Part shown: positions 61,301-64,000 of the stretch, one piece after another
Position numbering within the stretch: the first letter of the stretch is position 1
How the letters are laid out: every line of letters starts with the position of its first letter
Assembly: GCA_019058365.1 (NCBI GenBank)
Contig: JAHPZE010000019.1
Coordinates: 14,744 to 78,743, forward strand
Origin: Promethearchaeota archaeon
Lineage (GTDB): Archaea > Asgardarchaeota > Lokiarchaeia > Sigyniarchaeales > SOKP01
Length of the DNA: 64,000 bases
Reading direction: 5' to 3'
Made by a program: the position numbers and the translations under genes
Notes under the pieces: model-generated
What the model saw: only the letters and a program-made list of their open reading frames with translations
Database searches by the model: none
What the model was told of the DNA's origin: nothing

Positions 61301-62190
61301 TAATTGATACAGTTTTAAAGGTAGATTTCCGAAAATCCTTGAGATCTTACTCATTTCTCATAATTGGAGGTTTAATATCAATTGATCTCTTTTTTATGTT
61401 CCAATTTATATTGGTACTTGATATTTTCCTAAATTTAAGTGTCTCTTCTTTAGTTTTTGTAATTTTCTTAGGGATAAAAATAAAACCATTCAAGGGACAC
61501 TCAGCTGGAGCTTTTATATTTTGGATTGTTATTTTTCTACTCTTAAGTTCAATTATATACCATATATCATTATCTTTTATTATTACAGGAATATTTTTTG
61601 CCTTTACTGTTTTAATTTATCCCTTTGTTTTCCTTTTAGAAGAACTAAGAGAACTTATTAATAAAATTACTGAATTATTAACAAGGATCTTTACACATCT
61701 CAGAATTTTAATTAAGAATATGTTTATTAGAATTTTCATTTTATGTAAGAGGTATTTTAAATTCCTTTGGATTCTTATTAGTGCGGGTATAGCAACATTC
61801 ATAGGAATCCTATTTTCTGACATTATTTTTGGTTTATTAAATCCATACCATTCCATTATTCTAATATTTCCTATTTTTGGGATAATTTATTCTCTTAAAC
61901 CTTCTGAAAAAACTGAAGACGTTGATATCATGTTTAGACGTAGAATGTTTCGTTTAATTATTAGCTGGAGTAGTATTATCATAATTTTATTTTCTTTTCT
62001 CGACCCCGTTTACTATGTTTTCACTACCTGGATATCAATTTGGATTTTGGGAGCAATTTTATTGCCTTATATCATTTTCAAGGAGAAAAATGAAAATATT
62101 TCAATTAAGTGGAGGTTTTATACATTAATAGTATTGATATCAATGCTAGTTTTATTTGGAATTATTGTTGCTGTCCAATTCTATCTATAG
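52309..62190 (+). CDS. Giant (3293-aa) polytopic membrane protein of unknown function
   Basis: 9.9-kb uninterrupted ORF in very AT-rich DNA; continuous hydrophobic helices with short Lys-rich loops; ATG 52321 is the likely start. Confidence 0.9.
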   Translation: MCWAMISENSNNSQERIRKATEVLQKFWWFSFFLIIAPLIVGIVFFSILNFAGVGLFIALSLSVVSFMFALLFFYKAFDKYRDNPFFLNKKNNLIARIHILFLISILSFISTPIFILISPFDSFYHLPVISYAILYNIVYYYYYFQPIDFFDLSEEEFKHAGSFELIAKQPYNFFVVINHIVQIIFLIFTAYTNFSWLFALITNLVFYFITLTRTKNQIKVINESIVKKSPILKELTSFKRRFVVSIISLIFVLLIQMPFVIIIIFSLSGIQYSSLDLINNSFLTIIFILFYFKSKFYVDYYYGSKLDLYDKPSKIEKSEETYSLLSTKYQKYNSYISIFLILLITSFSFLIQIPLLILIILPFIYILLHYEQKYDLCSKKYNKIVILLNSIALLTYISFGIIPPIIETVLLNFMVFCIFLYAVLQVFVKLEYYTKENVIIIQNLLAVASFTLLVYTFFPIIIVEYTAYTTDPFLILISNILLHSLIISVILLISQYVLGVRYFYSKSPKLFRIVVLINSFLIELFIFTFILFSNYFLIDLIPFLQGIIITFVLFPIFFIFFLYINYGLHLFPLEYFLKLCYFTLWIVLIDFFISIFIISLFTTYYIIIPIDCIITSIFYYFLSKFGLTLERVDELKFKKHVKINSYLITVELFSLFNLMFFGAFQALSLFENIMYSTYLSLALVCIIINLFSKKEIFSEDLYIKLNTFILLYTSVIAFYYFLLLTLDNFYVFIIPLMVFNIIIFIPILYLRKKKLYPQLISKSIRINSILLAITISLIPTITSLELYFLGLYFDLIFLLMTTINFTLYILLLIFAISYQILKKINSDGNQTNYSLKLQVLITVCISFTTIFYYSFFLLIGTLYYYIILPPIFTSCFLYIPLFLSYKRSIFNIEHIKRAIILNTIILAGLFTSIPVVIGLNLFWLGFIFDFNIFVFNIFNSSTYIFYAFLLILINLSRTLKIKEKYISNLNQLKIVVLFSVSITTIFFYPFFLLINTLYYIVIPSILTSCFLYILLYYSYKTAIFKIEHIKRVIIINTIILTGLFTSIPVLIGLNLFLLGMVFNFNIFVLNILNSSIYIFYAFLLILINLSKKLKIKDKFISSLNQLKIIILFTISITTIFCYPFFLLINTLYGIFLPIIALLFSWFFLFYYSYKQEYFNLEFVKKLTIYNFIIFSCLIISLPTIIGLELTRIGLTANIKLIITVTLFLFFSFLKISEGISVKIILKEKYIKQFKLSELISWFLFTLFISYYIASTFIVELVFTPITSLILACSFLTFFILNIYTVELMSNYLPDYPNIKYFKDLGLYGIIISISFVFTFLGLTTGLFSFLIWWPTILGISFLIGFFLVIFIIFLNVCDKQFQLSQTKIVSKLLSWLTVKIIISLSIISLIEFFGFLLSIINKVFLFSLTFTFLTPISLYILENLRFISSKKQMLLKKITLTIFIVSILILYIEFLYSLISVIPIFYFIPFIQISAIIANLILFLYYYSIRFNKIIEIKSVFEFYKIYFLSFLLFLSLLYFNSESSIFLILISYLLILSKRSTIPFFRFLSYFLLSYFTFLEIIVILSFYNVIIGFDIALTGIFIIIYLLSLCGVLVFTILLNIKKNNTLEKFYLYSVISLLSFVTLMIFTNILLLYNLTISLFLELLFLGIFFYHQKDERYKWFIKPCVILFIFDIISFLSYSWLFNNQVFADYNSILTFTITMTVTGFGFILLYNSSPARFRKRSFYIVLISIIISFPTFLYFIIIASLMMPLFSLVPLIFAIDIGVLIFYLSIGIYQWKISMAIWKSGWYAWNLLPFVNFIIIYQSLTGIDIFTNSLRFGAFDASGSFILSIIICSLFFFPVVYTKIKKNFSTIVFIVWGESLFLLYWVSLNLFVSDILLRNFSFILFSVVLLMPLLAIFKYWKIISILWVFPLTIINVTFLFFYLLSIGVSLEMTVSLDILVIGLFLIVYSFFPNIRSIGVVLISGYVVTLLGIFLTIYFILYLIILNPIFSLNISFLVIGFSLFSSKYVEVPKRLIDLCLSWILILNLSWFTFNTFNLFPGLLISGLSLALTVFGCSLFIFNRYKMKMRINKIIPFLIVAFGTSSSITSLSYIIFNATPGILISMFSSVFIIFLYFIFVEYRYILWFIIPIPITTPILEVLLRFEVIKPFWLLTWAMIYLFTFQILINLFKNTVKEEPPEIKNSILKFYKDKDQLRWLNLTCFILNSMFSSIFFAIIIPYLMPYLVFSQILFVYQISDFLILWPILFLLCMKYIEKSEIDIKIKDILRYFSKISAIFYLLIPIALGINIFLYMILINSNLVITIYIVLLVISGLVFIEVSFIDRNLLYLLFNSSRNKLTLWSWVIFSNILSLFLFLFHLNFFLLVLTISLLGLISLYFLSYLDISKQIITKGRLILIYNSFIWSSFYLASLISDGLILIFEELIGFAYYSLLFQNSSFILYILSVSFVRIEKDIKNKIEFSLFIIFQGLLAINLIYIFILNGILNFFSVNLVIFIEVCLSFISVYYFNFILAEKKYPNFLLKMHSILFLILYCEISIIIYGLLSGVIGIYESIIVSLSVLLIFTSLDIYSIKKIKEGYARLIHTISFLTISVLTFLILYDYISQYPFFLGLGIFIFMIMQFYTNYSLFKALEDLYPKGQVSLKKDQKVIQKLIGTVFYATICIFLSQILTLYGVELQLILLILSLVIHGLMIIDKFLLKFLGKITNYIQVISWISIMIFTSTYLIWVYSTYFAAFFYTVIPIIVIILLLEFAYLMNLLAFWSFVAFNKEKIRFLLILISYLNFITWPLYFASLNLLHTLNLTLASFFIMFLITLIDNILRQDFRKSLRSFSILIIGGLLSIDSFLLLNSLPNFNIFLNLSISSLVIHVLMLIDSYLLKFIGKFTNSIKVFSYILIMIFTSVYLTWLYSTFYLTFSPTVIPFIIIILILEFAYLFKVSASWKLVASNKERIKFYLIISTYLNFITWPLYFASLNPFYVLNLVLASFFIMFFLSLIDTVLKVDFRKSLRSYSFLIIGGLISIDLFFMFQFILVLDIFLNLSVSSLVFVIFLGIKIKPFKGHSAGAFIFWIVIFLLLSSIIYHISLSFIITGIFFAFTVLIYPFVFLLEELRELINKITELLTRIFTHLRILIKNMFIRIFILCKRYFKFLWILISAGIATFIGILFSDIIFGLLNPYHSIILIFPIFGIIYSLKPSEKTEDVDIMFRRRMFRLIISWSSIIIILFSFLDPVYYVFTTWISIWILGAILLPYIIFKEKNENISIKWRFYTLIVLISMLVLFGIIVAVQFYL
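54900..55703 (+). repeat. Intragenic tandem duplication, 402-bp (134-aa) unit
   Basis: attgaacatataaaaagag at 54985 and 55387; IEHIKRAIILNTIILAGLFTSIP versus IEHIKRVIIINTIILTGLFTSIP. Edges approximate. Confidence 0.9.
60370..61443 (+). repeat. Intragenic tandem duplication, 537-bp (179-aa) unit
   Basis: ttataacttggcctttatattttgcttctt at 60671 and 61208; YLNFITWPLYFASLN and DFRKSLRS each occur twice. Edges approximate. Confidence 0.9.
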
Positions 62191-62378
62191 ATTTAATAGA
62201 TTAATGAGTATATACCTATCTAGATCGTTTTTTCAGATAGTTCTTAGTAATTTTGACATATTTATGCGATCATTTTGTATAAAAAGTTGAAAACTTTAAA
62301 TACATGTTAAAATGAACTATTATTTGTAAATCTAAAAATAAACATACATAATAAATTTAAAAAAAAATTAAAATAGAA

Positions 62379-63899
62379 GTGATCTATTATATGGAAACTT
62401 TAACAAAAAGAATATTAGCTATTGTTCTTATAGCAGTCATTGGAACAGGTATTGGAGTTGGAGCGTGGTTTTTTCTAGGTCAAGAGAAGAGTATTCCTTG
62501 GCAAACCCCTGGAGTAACTGGTATACCATCGAATAGGTTAATAAAAGTTGGTGTGTTAAATGATATCGGTGAGATTCAAGGAGATCATGCATGGCAGGGA
62601 GCATGGTTAGCTGCGTATAACATAAATACAGCTGGCGGAATTGATGTTAATGGAACAAAATATTATATTGCAGTTATAGCAGAAGATACTGATGAATCTG
62701 CCGCTCAACTCGATGTAACCAAAGGAGTTGCTGCAGCTCAAAAAATTATATCTATAGATGGAGCTCAATATCTTATGGGTGGGTTCAGAACTGAAGCTTT
62801 AAAAGCATATATTGAAGTTGTTATGGATAGTAAAACAATCTTTTTTGGTACTGGAGCTGCTACTGACTCTTTCTGTGAAAATGTAGTAGACAGTTATTCT
62901 AGATATAAATACTTCTTTAGAACTAACCCACATAACTCAAGTGCTATGGGAAAGCAAATAATTTATTTCTTGATCTATGCAGCATTCTTTGGAATACCAC
63001 TGCAAGCGTATGTGCAAGGTGCTGCTGCTGCTCCCACCGATCCATACTATGGGACCGGGATACCAGGTCAAAAAAATTCCTTAAATGTGACTAAAATTGC
63101 CATTCTTAGAGAAGATTTGGACTGGACAATTCCATTTGCCGCAGCTATCAAAACATATATACCATATCCTCTAGTCAAAGAGATCGCATATCCGATTACT
63201 GCATCCTCAGAAGATTTTACGACCTACATTAACCAAATTCAAGCTGCTGGAGCTCAAGTTTGTATCCCGATAATTTCTGGTCAGGGGGGAATAAAGATGA
63301 CGACAGCATATGCAGATATACAACCAAATTTCCTTCTATGTGGCGTAGATGTTCAAGCGCAAACTTCAGAATATTGGAGTGATACTTTAGGAGGTTGTGC
63401 TTATGAGATATATTCGCATTCATTCGCAGGTTTGAATAACACTAATGCAACTCCGTTGTCACAACCTTATTATGATCAATATGAGGCTAAATGGGGTCAT
63501 GCTCCTCTTTACACAGGTTCAGGATGTTACGATTCTATGTATTTACTAGCGGATGCAATCGACCAAACCAATTCTTTCAATGAGCCTGCTTTAATTAATT
63601 TCCTTGAAAGTATTACCAGAACTAGTCCACGGGTAAATCTGTCTGTTACTGTTGAAAAATTTGCTTTTACACAGGTATCAGAGGGCTTTGCTGGAGCTCA
63701 TGATGTAGTAGCGGATTATCCATTTGCCACTATAGCTTATGGTCAATGGCAACCAAAGGGATTGACAGATGGGGCGCAAATCTGTATACCAACAGGTGCG
63801 AGTACTCCCTTATCCATCTACTCTATATATCCAGATAGGCTTGCGACAGGAAGCATGCTCTTACCACCGTGGGGTATTAACGGCTTAGTTAATCTCTAA
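62379..63899 (+). CDS. ABC branched-chain amino acid-type substrate-binding protein (type I PBP)
   Basis: N-terminal TM anchor, IKVGVL, IN.AGGI.V.G, GGFRTE, YKYFFR and YD..Y.LADAI; ATG 62391 is the likely start. Confidence 0.9.
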   Translation: MIYYMETLTKRILAIVLIAVIGTGIGVGAWFFLGQEKSIPWQTPGVTGIPSNRLIKVGVLNDIGEIQGDHAWQGAWLAAYNINTAGGIDVNGTKYYIAVIAEDTDESAAQLDVTKGVAAAQKIISIDGAQYLMGGFRTEALKAYIEVVMDSKTIFFGTGAATDSFCENVVDSYSRYKYFFRTNPHNSSAMGKQIIYFLIYAAFFGIPLQAYVQGAAAAPTDPYYGTGIPGQKNSLNVTKIAILREDLDWTIPFAAAIKTYIPYPLVKEIAYPITASSEDFTTYINQIQAAGAQVCIPIISGQGGIKMTTAYADIQPNFLLCGVDVQAQTSEYWSDTLGGCAYEIYSHSFAGLNNTNATPLSQPYYDQYEAKWGHAPLYTGSGCYDSMYLLADAIDQTNSFNEPALINFLESITRTSPRVNLSVTVEKFAFTQVSEGFAGAHDVVADYPFATIAYGQWQPKGLTDGAQICIPTGASTPLSIYSIYPDRLATGSMLLPPWGINGLVNL

Positions 63900-64000
63900 A
63901 TAAGAACATAAATTATTCAAAAATTAAATTTTTTTTTTATTTTTCTATTCAGTATCTAATGAAGTATTTATTTATCTTTAATTTTTTATTTTTTTTATTC

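Noticed and set aside
1875-63423. Numerous short antisense or overlapping ORFs in the track (e.g. 6319-6531, 28712-28894, 30080-30403, 38912-39226, 47632-48090, 60579-60884)
   Set aside because: They are shadows of well-supported genes on the opposite strand or in another frame, with no motifs or RBS.

Overview
This is a 64-kb, very AT-rich, gene-dense chromosomal segment of an archaeon, most likely an Asgard archaeon (Lokiarchaeia/Promethearchaeota). That assignment is inferred from archaeal ACDS subunits, a tetraether lipid synthase, a PolB1-type polymerase, an intron-containing tRNA, longin-like and SDS22-type LRR proteins, and GGTGA-type ribosome-binding sites. Housekeeping content includes cdhB/cdhC, NAD salvage genes, tes plus a polyprenol/DAG kinase, polB, tRNA-Thr(UGU) with a D-arm intron, an M42 peptidase, dapL and a GH4 glycosidase. 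A roughly 15-kb phosphate island (27057-41880) holds an alkaline-phosphatase-superfamily enzyme, an uncharacterised ABC importer, DUF47, PhoU, PstB, fused PstC-PstA, PstS and an AbrB-PhoU regulator. Most interesting observations: (1) a previously unannotated, roughly 200-nt structured minus-strand leader RNA (three stems supported by G-U pairs plus a kissing loop) ahead of a CTG-initiated small ORF; (2) the ABC importer has two ATPases whose degenerate motifs all fall in one composite site, and it shares an operator-like motif with the pst genes; (3) a 3293-aa almost wholly transmembrane protein with internal tandem duplications; (4) an LRR gene with a high-GC C-terminal domain flanked by 78-bp direct repeats; (5) conserved genes that appear to need ATT/ATA starts, plus a CTG candidate. 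No CRISPR array, rRNA, transposase or reverse transcriptase was seen. All counts were made by eye.
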